A stretch of 64,000 bases of DNA from Candidatus Sumerlaeia bacterium (GTDB lineage Bacteria > Sumerlaeota > Sumerlaeia > SLMS01 > JANRJK01): contig JANRJK010000013.1 of NCBI GenBank assembly GCA_033764015.1, positions 480,001 through 544,000 on the forward strand, given 5' to 3'. The position numbers were made by a program, and so were the translations under genes. Below are positions 1-10,850 of this stretch, in pieces. The notes beneath the pieces were generated by a model. That model was not told the origin of the DNA. It saw only the letters and a program-made list of their open reading frames with translations, and did no database searches. Within the stretch, counting starts at the first letter, position 1. Each line of letters begins with the position of its first letter.

Positions 1-1
1 C

Positions 2-2146
2 CCCTTCTACTTCCGCCTGCCGCCGGTCCTCGAACCGGGCGCGCGGATCGCCGAGACCATCGTCGCCGAGGTGCCGTTCGCCTTCGAGTCCGCGGAGGCC
101 CGCGCCGCCTGGGAGGAGGAGCGCCGGCTCCGCCACGACCAGGTCTACGTGTACGATTCCCGCGCGGAGGATGAGGCGCGGCTGGCGCTCGAGGAGCTGC
201 TGGAGCGCACCGCCGGAACCGCCGCCGACCCGTCGGCCGAGGGGCCGCCGCCCCCCCCCACCCTCCTCGCCGATCTTTCCGCTGCGGAGCGCGCCGCGGC
301 GCCGGGCCTCGCCGCGTCGCCCGCATTCCGGCAGGCGCTGCTCAACACCCTGCGCCGCACCTACACCGAATTCATCGTCACGGAAAGCAAGACGCAGTAC
401 CTCGGGCATGTGCAGCGCGGCGTCGCCCGCATCGTGAACCTCGACCGCGCCCCGGCCCAGGCGGTGGAGGCGGCGCGCCTGGTCTCCTTCCCCCTCGGCT
501 GGCGCGAGATGACCGGCAACCTGCTCCGCGACCAGTTCTCCGGCCTCGGCGTCGCCGATCCGCACGCGGGACCGGTCGCGCTCGCGATGCTCGCGGGCGC
601 CGTGGTCCCCGGCCTGTCCTACGACGAGGAGCGCACGCTCACCGCCCGGGAGCGCTTCCAGCTCCCCGTGCCGAAGCAGCGCTACGAGACCGGCGCGGTC
701 CTGCTGGACGCCAGCGAAGGGCGCCGCGTGGCGAGCGCGTCGGACGCGGAGATGCTCGCCGCGCACCGCGCCGCCGTCGAACGGGACCACCGCTACCGCC
801 TCGGCGCGCACCTCGGCTATGTCGCCGTCGTCTTCATCCTCTTCGGCACCTACATCCGGAAGTTCCGGCAGACCTTCAAGTTCTCCGTCCGCGAGCTGCT
901 GCTGCAGGCGCTCCCGGTGCTGCTCGCGCTCGCCATCAGCTTCCCCTTCGTGCTCTTTTCCGACTCCGACACGCTGCTGGCGGCGGGCATCTTCCCCGCG
1001 GGCGTGGTCGGCATGCTCGGCGTGCTGCTGCTCGATATGCGGTTCGCGCTCCAGCTCGTCACCTGGGGCTGCATCCTGTACGGCCTCCAGTCGGGCATGC
1101 GGTTCGACGCGCTCGCCGTCTCGCTCTTCGGCGGCTACACCGCCGTGGCGGCGCTGCACTCGATCCGCGAGCGGCGCGAGGTGGTCCTCGCGGGCTTCTA
1201 CATCGGCGCCGTCAACGCGGCCTCCCTCGCGATCCTCCACTTCATCGAACGCCCCGAGCACCTGTCGCAGCTCTTCGGCACGCTGCCGGTCCTCCACCTG
1301 CTCCTCGCCTTCGTCGCCGGCGTCGCGACCGCGCTCGTCACCATCGCCGTGCTGCCGTTGATCGAGATCGCCTTCGACGTGACGACGGACCTGCGGCTCC
1401 TCGAGCTCTCCGGCCTGCAGCACCCGCTGCTGCTGAAGCTCGAGGACGAGGCCCCCGGCACCTGGCAGCACACGCTCAACGTCGCGAAGCTGGCCGAGGC
1501 CGCGGCCACGGAGATCGGGGTCAACGCGCTGCTCGTCCGCACCGGCTGCCTCTTCCACGACATCGGCAAGATGTCGAAGCCGGAGTACTTCACCGAGAAC
1601 CAGGTCACCGCCGACGACAAGATGCGGCACACCACGCTCAAGCCGCAGATCTCGACGCTCATCATCCGCAACCACGTGAAGGAAGGCGTCGAAATGGCCA
1701 AGCGCGCCGGCCTCCCCGAGCGCGTCATGGACTTCATCCCACAGCACCACGGCACCTGCCTGATCACCTACTTCTACGGCAAGGCGCTCTCCGAGGCGCA
1801 GCGCGGCGACAAGCGCGAAACCGTCCGCGAGGACGACTACCGCTATCCCGGCCCCAAGCCGCAGTCGATCGAGGCCGCCATCGTCATGCTCGCGGACGCC
1901 GTCGAGGCGACCAGCACCGCCAAGTTCTCCTCGCGCACGGTCCGCCCGGAGGAGGTCCGCCAGCTCGTCCACGCCATCGTGATGGAGAAGTTCAACGACG
2001 GCCAGTTCGACGAATGCAACATGACCATGTCGGACCTGAACTCGATCCGCGAGAGCCTTGTGCGCACGCTGCTCTCGCGCTTCCACACGCGCATCGACTA
2101 CCCGAAGGTCCACACCGCCGCGGAGGGCCAGCGCGCGCTCGGCTGA
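2..2146 (+). CDS. 7TM-HD family membrane phosphohydrolase (PgpH-like, candidate cyclic-di-AMP phosphodiesterase); 5'-truncated by window edge
   Basis: Frame is open from position 2. Extracellular region, multi-TM segment, then HD domain with HTLNVA, FHDIGK, YFTENQ, QHHGT, YRYPGPKP and MLAD motifs. Confidence 0.88.
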   Translation, partial: PFYFRLPPVLEPGARIAETIVAEVPFAFESAEARAAWEEERRLRHDQVYVYDSRAEDEARLALEELLERTAGTAADPSAEGPPPPPTLLADLSAAERAAAPGLAASPAFRQALLNTLRRTYTEFIVTESKTQYLGHVQRGVARIVNLDRAPAQAVEAARLVSFPLGWREMTGNLLRDQFSGLGVADPHAGPVALAMLAGAVVPGLSYDEERTLTARERFQLPVPKQRYETGAVLLDASEGRRVASASDAEMLAAHRAAVERDHRYRLGAHLGYVAVVFILFGTYIRKFRQTFKFSVRELLLQALPVLLALAISFPFVLFSDSDTLLAAGIFPAGVVGMLGVLLLDMRFALQLVTWGCILYGLQSGMRFDALAVSLFGGYTAVAALHSIRERREVVLAGFYIGAVNAASLAILHFIERPEHLSQLFGTLPVLHLLLAFVAGVATALVTIAVLPLIEIAFDVTTDLRLLELSGLQHPLLLKLEDEAPGTWQHTLNVAKLAEAAATEIGVNALLVRTGCLFHDIGKMSKPEYFTENQVTADDKMRHTTLKPQISTLIIRNHVKEGVEMAKRAGLPERVMDFIPQHHGTCLITYFYGKALSEAQRGDKRETVREDDYRYPGPKPQSIEAAIVMLADAVEATSTAKFSSRTVRPEEVRQLVHAIVMEKFNDGQFDECNMTMSDLNSIRESLVRTLLSRFHTRIDYPKVHTAAEGQRALG

Positions 2147-2257
2147 CGGGCTGGAACGGCGATTGCCTCCCTTACCGCCCCGGTATTGCCTGACCCCTGC
2201 CCCGGGACGCCCCGTCCCGTGGAACACACACGCCGCGCGAGAAAGCCCGACCACCGC

Positions 2258-3121
2258 ATGTCCGAACCGCAGATGCTCCGCTTCGCACTCCCCAAGGGCC
2301 GCATGGAGGAAGGCGTCCGCCGCCTCCTCGCCGACGCGGGGATCCACCTGCGCGCGGGAAGCCGGAGCTACCGCCCGAAGCTGAGCATCCCCGGCGTCGA
2401 GGTGAAGATCCTCAAGCCGCAGAACATCGTCGAGATGCTCCAGTTCGGCTCCCGCGACATCGGCTTCGCCGGCGCGGACTGGGTGGAGGAACTCGGCGGG
2501 GGAGTTGTCGAACTGCTCGACACCGGCCTCGACCCGGTCCGCCTCGTCGCCGCCGCCCCGAAGGAACTCGTGCCCGGCTGGAAGTCGCGCCGGTCGCTCG
2601 TCGTCGCATCGGAGTACGAGAAGACCACGCGCCGCTGGATCGCCGATTCGGGCATCGACGCGCGCTTCGTCCGCTCCTTCGGCGCCACAGAGGTCTTCCC
2701 GCCGGAGGACGCCGACATCATCGTGGACAACACGGCGACCGGCTCGACGCTGGAGGCGAACGGCCTCGAGATCATCGCTGAGCTCATGCGGAGCACCACC
2801 CGCTTCTACGCCCACCCCGCCGCGCTCGACGACGCGGAGAAGCGCGAGGGCATCGAACGCCTCGTGCTGCTGATGCGCTCCGTCCTCACGGCGCGCGACC
2901 GGGTCATGGTCGAGGTGAACGTCGAAGCATCGAAGCTCGAGGCGGTCTGCGCGGCTCTGCCCTGCATGCGCGAGCCCACCATCGCGCAGCTCCACGGCGA
3001 CGCCGGCTACGCGGTGAAGGCCGCCGTCCGCAAGAGCGACCTGCCGCGCATCATTCCGGACATCAAGGCGCGCGGCGGGTGCGACATCGTCGTCACCGCC
3101 CTCGCGCAGATCGTCCCGTGA
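2258..3121 (+). CDS. hisG: ATP phosphoribosyltransferase, long form
   Basis: ALPKGR, GFAGADW, GATEVFP-ADIIVD-TGSTLEANGL motifs and C-terminal regulatory domain; first gene of his cluster. Confidence 0.95.
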   Translation: MSEPQMLRFALPKGRMEEGVRRLLADAGIHLRAGSRSYRPKLSIPGVEVKILKPQNIVEMLQFGSRDIGFAGADWVEELGGGVVELLDTGLDPVRLVAAAPKELVPGWKSRRSLVVASEYEKTTRRWIADSGIDARFVRSFGATEVFPPEDADIIVDNTATGSTLEANGLEIIAELMRSTTRFYAHPAALDDAEKREGIERLVLLMRSVLTARDRVMVEVNVEASKLEAVCAALPCMREPTIAQLHGDAGYAVKAAVRKSDLPRIIPDIKARGGCDIVVTALAQIVP

Positions 3122-4848
3122 GCGGCCCGCCAAGCCCACCCGCCTGGCTCGCGGCCGGCGTCGCCTCCATCAGCTCCTACAAGACACCGCAGCACGGAGC
3201 GCCCATCGACCTGCGCCTCGACGCGAACGAGGGCGCGACGCCGCCCCGCGCGCTCGCGGACGCGGTCGCCGCCGCCGCGCCGGATGTCTTCCGCCGCTAC
3301 CCCGACGCCACGGAGCTGGCCGAGCTCCTCGCCGAGCGCTTCGCCGTCGCGCCGAACCAGGTGCTCGTCACCGCCGGCGCGGACGACGGGCTCGACCGTG
3401 CGATGCGGGCCACGCTCGGGCCGGGGCGGACGCTCCTAGCCACCGATCCCACCTTCGAGATGATCCCCCGCTACGCCGCCATCGCGGGCGGCGCCGTGCG
3501 CTTCGTCCCCTGGCCGCGGGCGCCCTTTCCGACGGAAGCCATCGTTGCCGCCATCGACGACACCACGCGCTGCGTCGCCGTGGTTTCGCCCAACAACCCG
3601 ACCGGCCTCGCCGCCACCGCCGACGACCTGCGCCGGGTCTCGGCCGCCGCCCCGCGCGCGCTCGTGGTGCTCGACCACGCCTACGCGGAGTTCGGCGACG
3701 AGGACCTCACCGCCGCGGCGCTAGCGCTGCCGAACGTCGTCGTCGCGCGCACGCTGTCGAAGGCGTGGGGCCTAGCGGGATTGCGCGTCGGCTATCTCGT
3801 CGGGCGGCCGGAGCACATCGCCGCGTTCCGCGCGGCGGGCGGACCCTACGCCGTCTCGCGCCCCTCGGTCGCTGTGGCGCTCGCGCACCTGCGGAGCGGC
3901 GAGCCGGCCATGCACCGATTCGTCTCGACCGTTCGGCACGAGCGCGACGGCCTCCGCGCGGAGCTCGAACGCCTCGGCGCCGAGTGCACCCCCTCGCAGG
4001 CCAACTGCGTGTTCGTGCGCACTCCCCGCGCGCACTGGCTCTGGCAGGCGCTCGCCGGCCTCGGCATCGCGGTCCGCGCGTTCCCCGGACGCCCGGGGCT
4101 CGAGGACGCGCTGCGCATTTCGCTCCCCGGCGACGCGGGGTCCTTCGACCGCCTCCTCGAAGGCTGCCTCGCCGCGCTCGCGCCGGAGGTCCTCCTCTTC
4201 GACCTGGACGGCGTGCTGGCGGACGTGTCGCAGTCCTACCGCCGCGCGATCGTGGAGACCTGCGCCCACTACGGCGTGACCGCCACCCGCGAGGACGTCG
4301 CGCGGGCCAAGGCCGCCGGCAACGCGAACAACGACTGGGTGCTCACGCGGCGCCTGCTCGCGGCCCGCGGCGTCGATGTGCCGCTCGCCGATGTGACCGC
4401 CCGCTTCGAGTTGTTCTACCAAGGCACCGACGCCTCGCCCGGCCTACGGCGGCTGGAATCGCTGATCGGAGGCGCCGGAATGGTGGCGCGCCTCGCCGCC
4501 CGCCTCCCCCTTGGCATCGTCACGGGACGCCCCCGCGCGGACGCGGAGCGCTTCCTCCACGAGCACGGCATCGCGCACCACTTCCGCGGCGTCGTCGCCA
4601 TGGAGGACGGGCCGGCCAAGCCCGACCCCGCGCCGGTTCGCCTGTTGCTGGAGCGGCTGGGCGCGAAGCGCGCCTGGCTGGTGGGCGACACCGTCGACGA
4701 CGTGCGCGCGGCGCGCGCGGCCGGCGTGGTCCCGATCGGCGTCCCCGCGCCGGGCGACGACGCCGGAACCGCGCGCCCCGTCTTGACCGCCGCGGGCGCC
4801 GCCCGTGTCCTTGAATCGATCGACGAGCTGGAGCGACTCCTCCCATGA
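3118..4848 (+). CDS. hisC: Histidinol-phosphate aminotransferase fused to C-terminal HAD hydrolase (putative histidinol-phosphate phosphatase)
   Basis: GTG overlaps hisG stop (GTGA). [38 protein letters not shown] motifs, followed in frame by [17 protein letters not shown] and VGDTVDD HAD motifs. Confidence 0.92.
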   Translation: MSGPPSPPAWLAAGVASISSYKTPQHGAPIDLRLDANEGATPPRALADAVAAAAPDVFRRYPDATELAELLAERFAVAPNQVLVTAGADDGLDRAMRATLGPGRTLLATDPTFEMIPRYAAIAGGAVRFVPWPRAPFPTEAIVAAIDDTTRCVAVVSPNNPTGLAATADDLRRVSAAAPRALVVLDHAYAEFGDEDLTAAALALPNVVVARTLSKAWGLAGLRVGYLVGRPEHIAAFRAAGGPYAVSRPSVAVALAHLRSGEPAMHRFVSTVRHERDGLRAELERLGAECTPSQANCVFVRTPRAHWLWQALAGLGIAVRAFPGRPGLEDALRISLPGDAGSFDRLLEGCLAALAPEVLLFDLDGVLADVSQSYRRAIVETCAHYGVTATREDVARAKAAGNANNDWVLTRRLLAARGVDVPLADVTARFELFYQGTDASPGLRRLESLIGGAGMVARLAARLPLGIVTGRPRADAERFLHEHGIAHHFRGVVAMEDGPAKPDPAPVRLLLERLGAKRAWLVGDTVDDVRAARAAGVVPIGVPAPGDDAGTARPVLTAAGAARVLESIDELERLLP

Positions 4849-5432
4849 AGCCACGCACCGCCACTATCGAGCGCAAGACCGGCGAAACCGACATCGCTGT
4901 CGAACTCACCCTCGACGGCTCCGGTCGGAGCGATATCTCCACCGGAATCGGTTTCCTCGACCACATGCTGACGGCGCTCGCGAAGCACGCCCGCTTCGAC
5001 GTGACGCTCCGCTGCAGCGGGGACCTGCACGTGGACGACCACCACTCCGCGGAGGACTGCGCACTCGCGCTCGGCGCCGCCTTCGACAAGGCGCTTGGCG
5101 ACCGGCGGGGGATCCGGCGCTTCGGCCACGCCTACGCGCCGCTCGACGAGGCGCTCAGCCGGGCCGTCGCCGACCTGTCGGGGCGACCGTTCGCGCACGT
5201 CGAGCTCGGCATCGCGCGCGACCGCATCGGCGACCTCTCCGGCGAGATGGTCGGCCACGTCCTGGCGTCCTTCGCCACCGCCGCGCGCATCACGCTCCAC
5301 GTCGACACGATCCGCGGCGCCAACGACCACCACCGCGCCGAGTCCGCCTTCAAGGCGCTCGCGCTCGCGCTCCGGCAAGCGGTGGCGCGCGACGCCTTCG
5401 ACGACGTACCCAGCACCAAGGGCGCCCTTTGA
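4845..5432 (+). CDS. hisB: Imidazoleglycerol-phosphate dehydratase (monofunctional)
   Basis: [40 protein letters not shown] motifs. Confidence 0.97.
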   Translation: MKPRTATIERKTGETDIAVELTLDGSGRSDISTGIGFLDHMLTALAKHARFDVTLRCSGDLHVDDHHSAEDCALALGAAFDKALGDRRGIRRFGHAYAPLDEALSRAVADLSGRPFAHVELGIARDRIGDLSGEMVGHVLASFATAARITLHVDTIRGANDHHRAESAFKALALALRQAVARDAFDDVPSTKGAL

Positions 5433-6046
5433 TGACACAGTCAACGGTCGCCGTCGTGCGCACCGGCACCGCCAACCTCGCCTCCGTCGCCGTCGCCCTG
5501 CGGCGGCGCGGGGTGGAGCACCGCTTCGCCGACTCGCCGCGCGACATCCTCGACGCCCCCGCGCTCGTGCTCCCCGGCGTCGGCGCCTTCAAGGCCGCCA
5601 TGGACGAGCTGGACGCGCGCGGCTTTTCCGCGGCGCTCCGCGAGCGCGTCGCAGCCGGCGCGCCGACGCTCGCCATCTGCCTCGGCCTCCAGCTTTTCGC
5701 CCGCTCCAGCGAGGAATCACCCGGCGCCGAGGGCCTGGGCGCCGTGCCCGGAGCGGTGCGCCGGCTCGAAGGGGACGTCCGGATCCCGCAGCTCGGGTGG
5801 AACCTCGTGGAGCCCGACCCCGGTTGCGGACTCGTCGAGGCGGGGCATGCCTACTACGCGAACTCCTACGCGCTGCGCGAGCGGCCCGATGGCTGGAGCG
5901 CCGCGTGGACCACGCACGGCGTGCGCTTCGTCGCCGCCCTCGAGCGCGGCCCGGTCCTAGCCTGCCAGTTCCACCCGGAGCTGAGCGGCCCCTGGGGTGC
6001 GGCGCTCCTCGCGCGCTGGCTCGCGCAGGCGGGCGTCGCATGCTGA
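5432..6046 (+). CDS. hisH: Imidazole glycerol phosphate synthase, glutaminase subunit
   Basis: NLASV, LPGVGAF, ICLGLQL, QFHPE motifs; TGATG coupling with hisB. Confidence 0.95.
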   Translation: MTQSTVAVVRTGTANLASVAVALRRRGVEHRFADSPRDILDAPALVLPGVGAFKAAMDELDARGFSAALRERVAAGAPTLAICLGLQLFARSSEESPGAEGLGAVPGAVRRLEGDVRIPQLGWNLVEPDPGCGLVEAGHAYYANSYALRERPDGWSAAWTTHGVRFVAALERGPVLACQFHPELSGPWGAALLARWLAQAGVAC

Positions 6047-6795
6047 CACGCCGCATCATCCCGTGCCTCGACGTCCGCGACGGGCGCATCGTGAAGGGTG
6101 TCCGGTTCCAGAACCTGCGCGACGCCGGCGACCCCGCGGAGCGCGCCGCCGCCTACGAGGCGCAAGGCGCCGACGAGCTCGTGGTCCTCGACGTCTCTGC
6201 CACGCCGGAGGGGCGCCGCACGCGCTACGACACCGTCCGCGCGGTGCGCGGCGCGCTTTCGATCCCGCTCACCGTCGGCGGGGGAGTTCGCAGCGACGAC
6301 GACGCGGGACGCCTCCTCGAAGCGGGCGCCGACAAGGTCGGCGTCAACACCGCGGCGGTTGTCGATCCCTCCCTGATCGGACGCATCGCGACGCGGTTCG
6401 GCAGCCAGTGCGCCATCCTCGCGCTCGACGCCGCCGCCGCCGGGCCGGGCCGCTGGGAAGTGGTCGTCGAATCCGGCAAGAAGCGCACCGGCATCGACGC
6501 GCTGGAGTGGGCCCGCCGCGCGGCGGACCTCGGCGCCGGCGAGATCCTCCTGACGAGCTGGGACCGCGACGGCACCCGCAGCGGCTACGACACGGAGCTG
6601 CTCGCCGCCATCTCCGCCGCGGTGCGCGTGCCGGTGATCGCCTCCGGCGGGGCGGCCACGCCGGACCACCTGCTCGAAGCGCTCCGCGCGGGCGCGGACG
6701 CGGTCCTCGCCGCATCGATCTTCCACGACGGGGAGTACACCGTCGCCGACCTGAAGCGCCAGCTCGCCAGCAACGGAGTCACCGTCCGCCCATGA
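6040..6795 (+). CDS. hisF: Imidazole glycerol phosphate synthase, cyclase subunit
   Basis: MLTRRIIPCLDV, GADELVVLD, PLTVGGG, GEILLTSWDRDGT, VIASGG, LAASIFH motifs. Confidence 0.97.
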   Translation: MLTRRIIPCLDVRDGRIVKGVRFQNLRDAGDPAERAAAYEAQGADELVVLDVSATPEGRRTRYDTVRAVRGALSIPLTVGGGVRSDDDAGRLLEAGADKVGVNTAAVVDPSLIGRIATRFGSQCAILALDAAAAGPGRWEVVVESGKKRTGIDALEWARRAADLGAGEILLTSWDRDGTRSGYDTELLAAISAAVRVPVIASGGAATPDHLLEALRAGADAVLAASIFHDGEYTVADLKRQLASNGVTVRP

Positions 6796-8066
6796 TCGTC
6801 CCATCCATCGACCTGATGAACGGCCAGGCTGTCCAGCTCGTCGGCGGGCGCGAAAAGGCGCTCGACGCGGGCGACCCGCTCCCCATCGCGGAGCGCTTCC
6901 GCGTCGCGGGCGAGATCGCCGTGATCGACCTCGACGCCGCGCTCGGGCAGGGGAGCAACGAGGACGCCGTCCGCCGCCTCTGCCGCGTGGCGCGCTGCCG
7001 CGTCGGCGGCGGCATCCGCACCGTCGAGCGCGCCCGCCAATGGCTGGACTGGGGCGCCGAGAAGGTGATCCTCGGCACCGCGGCGACCGTTGACAATCTC
7101 AAGCAATTACCCCGCGAGCGCGTCATCGCCGCGCTCGACGCCTACGAGGACGAGGTGGTCGTCGAGGGTTGGCGCACCAAGACGGGCCGCACGATCGCGG
7201 AGGGTCTCGCGGAGCTCGCCCCCCACGTCGGCGGCTTCCTAGTCACCTTCGTCGAAAAGGAAGGGCGCCTCGGCGGGACCTCGCTCAACAAGGTGCCGAA
7301 GATCGTCGAGGCCGCGGGCCACGCCCGCGTCACCATCGCCGGCGGCATCACCGTCGCCGAGGAGATCGCCGTCCTGGACCGCGCGAAGGCGGACGCCCAG
7401 GTCGGTATGGCGCTGTACACGAACCGGCTCCACCTCGGCGACGCCATCGCCGCGCCCCTCCGCTCCGACCGCGCCGACGGCCTCTTTCCCACCGTCGTCA
7501 CCGACGAGTACGGCAGCGCCCTCGGCCTCGTGTACTCGAACGCGGAGAGCATCCGCGAGGCGGTCGACACGATGCGCGGCGTCTACTTCTCCCGCTCGCG
7601 GAACGGCCTCTGGCGGAAGGGCGAGTCCTCCGGCGCGCACCAGGAGCTCCTCGGCATCGACCTCGACTGCGACCGCGACGCGCTCCGCTTCCGGGTGCGC
7701 CAGCACGGCGCGGGATTCTGCCACCGCGAGACCTACACATGCTGGGGCAGGCACCTCGGCCTCGTCGGGCTCGAGCGCGTCCTGCGCTCGCGGCTCGAGG
7801 ACGCACCCGAGGGCTCGTACACCCGGCGCCTCTTCAACGACCCCGACCTCCTGGCTTCGAAGATCCGGGAGGAGGCGCGCGAACTCACCGAGGCGGAGGG
7901 CGAGGACGCGCTGCGCCACGAGGCCGCCGACCTGCTCTATTTCGCGCTCGTCCGCCTCGTGAAAGCGGGCATCCCGCTCGCCGAGGTCGAGGCGGAGCTG
8001 GAGCGGCGCGGTCGCCGGGTCTCGCGCAGGCCCGGCAACGCCAAGCCGGAGCGCGTCGATGGCTAG
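6792..8066 (+). CDS. hisAIE: Trifunctional HisA (ProFAR isomerase) / HisI (PR-AMP cyclohydrolase) / HisE (PR-ATP pyrophosphatase) fusion
   Basis: PSIDLMNGQAVQLVGG, IDLDAA, VGGGIR (HisA); YFSRSR-LWRKGESSG, DCDRD, FCH-TCW (HisI); SYTRRLF, KIREEA, HEAADLLYF (HisE), all in one frame. Confidence 0.92.
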   Translation: MIVPSIDLMNGQAVQLVGGREKALDAGDPLPIAERFRVAGEIAVIDLDAALGQGSNEDAVRRLCRVARCRVGGGIRTVERARQWLDWGAEKVILGTAATVDNLKQLPRERVIAALDAYEDEVVVEGWRTKTGRTIAEGLAELAPHVGGFLVTFVEKEGRLGGTSLNKVPKIVEAAGHARVTIAGGITVAEEIAVLDRAKADAQVGMALYTNRLHLGDAIAAPLRSDRADGLFPTVVTDEYGSALGLVYSNAESIREAVDTMRGVYFSRSRNGLWRKGESSGAHQELLGIDLDCDRDALRFRVRQHGAGFCHRETYTCWGRHLGLVGLERVLRSRLEDAPEGSYTRRLFNDPDLLASKIREEARELTEAEGEDALRHEAADLLYFALVRLVKAGIPLAEVEAELERRGRRVSRRPGNAKPERVDG

Positions 8067-9324
8067 CCTCGCGATGCGCCGGCTCGCCCCGGACGAGGTC
8101 GCCGCGCTCCGCCGCGCGCCGGTGGACGGGGAGACGCTCCGCCTCGCCGAAGAAATCGTCTCGGAAGTCCGACTCGAGGGCGAAAGGGCGCTTCGACGCC
8201 ACGCCGAACGCTTCTCCGAGGTCGGGCCCGGGGCGCCGCTGCTGATCGGCAGGGATGCGCTCCGCTCCGCGCTCGAGGGGATCGACCCGGCGCACCGCGC
8301 GGTCCTCGAGCGCACCGCCGAGCGCATCCGTCGCTTCGCGGACGCGCAGCGCGCCTCGGTCCGTCCGGTGGAGTTCGCGATCCCCGGCGGCTTCGCGGGG
8401 CAGGAGCTGGCTCCAGTCGAGCGCGCCGGATGCTACGCGCCCGGCGGGCGCTTCCCGCTGCCGTCCTCCGTGCTGATGACCGCCGTCACCGCGCGCGCCG
8501 CGGGCGTGCAGTCCGTCATCGTCGCGTCGCCGCGACCGGCGCCGGTGACGCTCGCCGCCGCCTCGGTGGCGGGCGCGGACTGCCTTCTCGCCGCCGGAGG
8601 CGCGCACGCGATCGCGGCGCTCGCCTACGGAGCCGGACCCGTCGAGCCCTGTGCTGTCGTGGTGGGCCCCGGCAGCCGCTGGGTGACCGCCGCCAAGAAG
8701 CTCGTCGCGGGCGCCGCCGGCATCGACATGCTCGCCGGGCCGTCGGAACTCGTTGTCATCGCCGATGCCAACGCCGACGCCTCGATGGTCGCGGCGGACC
8801 TGCTGGCCCAGGCGGAGCACGACACCGACGCCTTCCCGGTCCTCATCGTGACGGATGCCCGCCTCGCGGACCGGGTGGAAGCGGCCCTCGCGGAGCAGCT
8901 CGCCACGCTCCCCACCGCGGAGACCGCGCGCACCGCGCTCCGCAACGGCTTCATCGTCGTCGCCCGCGACTTGGACGAGGCGGCCCGCGTCTCCGACGAG
9001 CTGGCGCCGGAGCACTTGCAGCTCCTCGTCGCCGAGCCAGAGGCGCTCCACGCGCGCCTGCGCCACTACGGCGGGCTCTTCATCGGCGCCGACGCGGCGG
9101 AGGTGCTCGGCGATTACGGCGCCGGGCCGAACCACACGCTTCCCACCGGCGGCTCCGCCCGCTTCGCCGCCGGACTCTCGGTCTTCAACTTCCTGCGGAT
9201 CCGCACGTGGCTGCGGATCGACGACGCCGCCGCCTCGCAGGAGGCCGTCCGCGACGCGGTCTCGCTCGCCCGCATGGAAGGCCTCGAGGCGCACGCCCGC
9301 GCGGCGGAACGCCGGCTCCGCTAG
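8059..9324 (+). CDS. hisD: Histidinol dehydrogenase
   Basis: GCYAPGG, DMLAGPSE, DLLAQAEHD, APEHL, GDYGAGPNHTLPTGG motifs. Confidence 0.96.
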   Translation: MASLAMRRLAPDEVAALRRAPVDGETLRLAEEIVSEVRLEGERALRRHAERFSEVGPGAPLLIGRDALRSALEGIDPAHRAVLERTAERIRRFADAQRASVRPVEFAIPGGFAGQELAPVERAGCYAPGGRFPLPSSVLMTAVTARAAGVQSVIVASPRPAPVTLAAASVAGADCLLAAGGAHAIAALAYGAGPVEPCAVVVGPGSRWVTAAKKLVAGAAGIDMLAGPSELVVIADANADASMVAADLLAQAEHDTDAFPVLIVTDARLADRVEAALAEQLATLPTAETARTALRNGFIVVARDLDEAARVSDELAPEHLQLLVAEPEALHARLRHYGGLFIGADAAEVLGDYGAGPNHTLPTGGSARFAAGLSVFNFLRIRTWLRIDDAAASQEAVRDAVSLARMEGLEAHARAAERRLR

Positions 9325-9331
9325 CGCCGCG

Positions 9332-10789
<1,458 letters not shown>

Positions 10790-10791
10790 CG

Positions 10792-10825
10792 CGGCGGGCC
10801 CCTCCGCTTCCGGAGGGGCCCGCCG
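10792..10825. terminator. GC-rich hairpin between convergent genes (probable bidirectional terminator)
   Basis: Perfect 15-bp stem CGGCGGGCCCCTCCG-cttc-CGGAGGGGCCCGCCG; no clear U tract. Confidence 0.6.
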
Positions 10826-10850
10826 ACTGCAGTTCGATCCCCGGCGTTCG

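Noticed and set aside
2147..2257. Possible his attenuator or leader peptide
   Set aside because: No His-codon run, T-box or terminator/antiterminator structure is visible.
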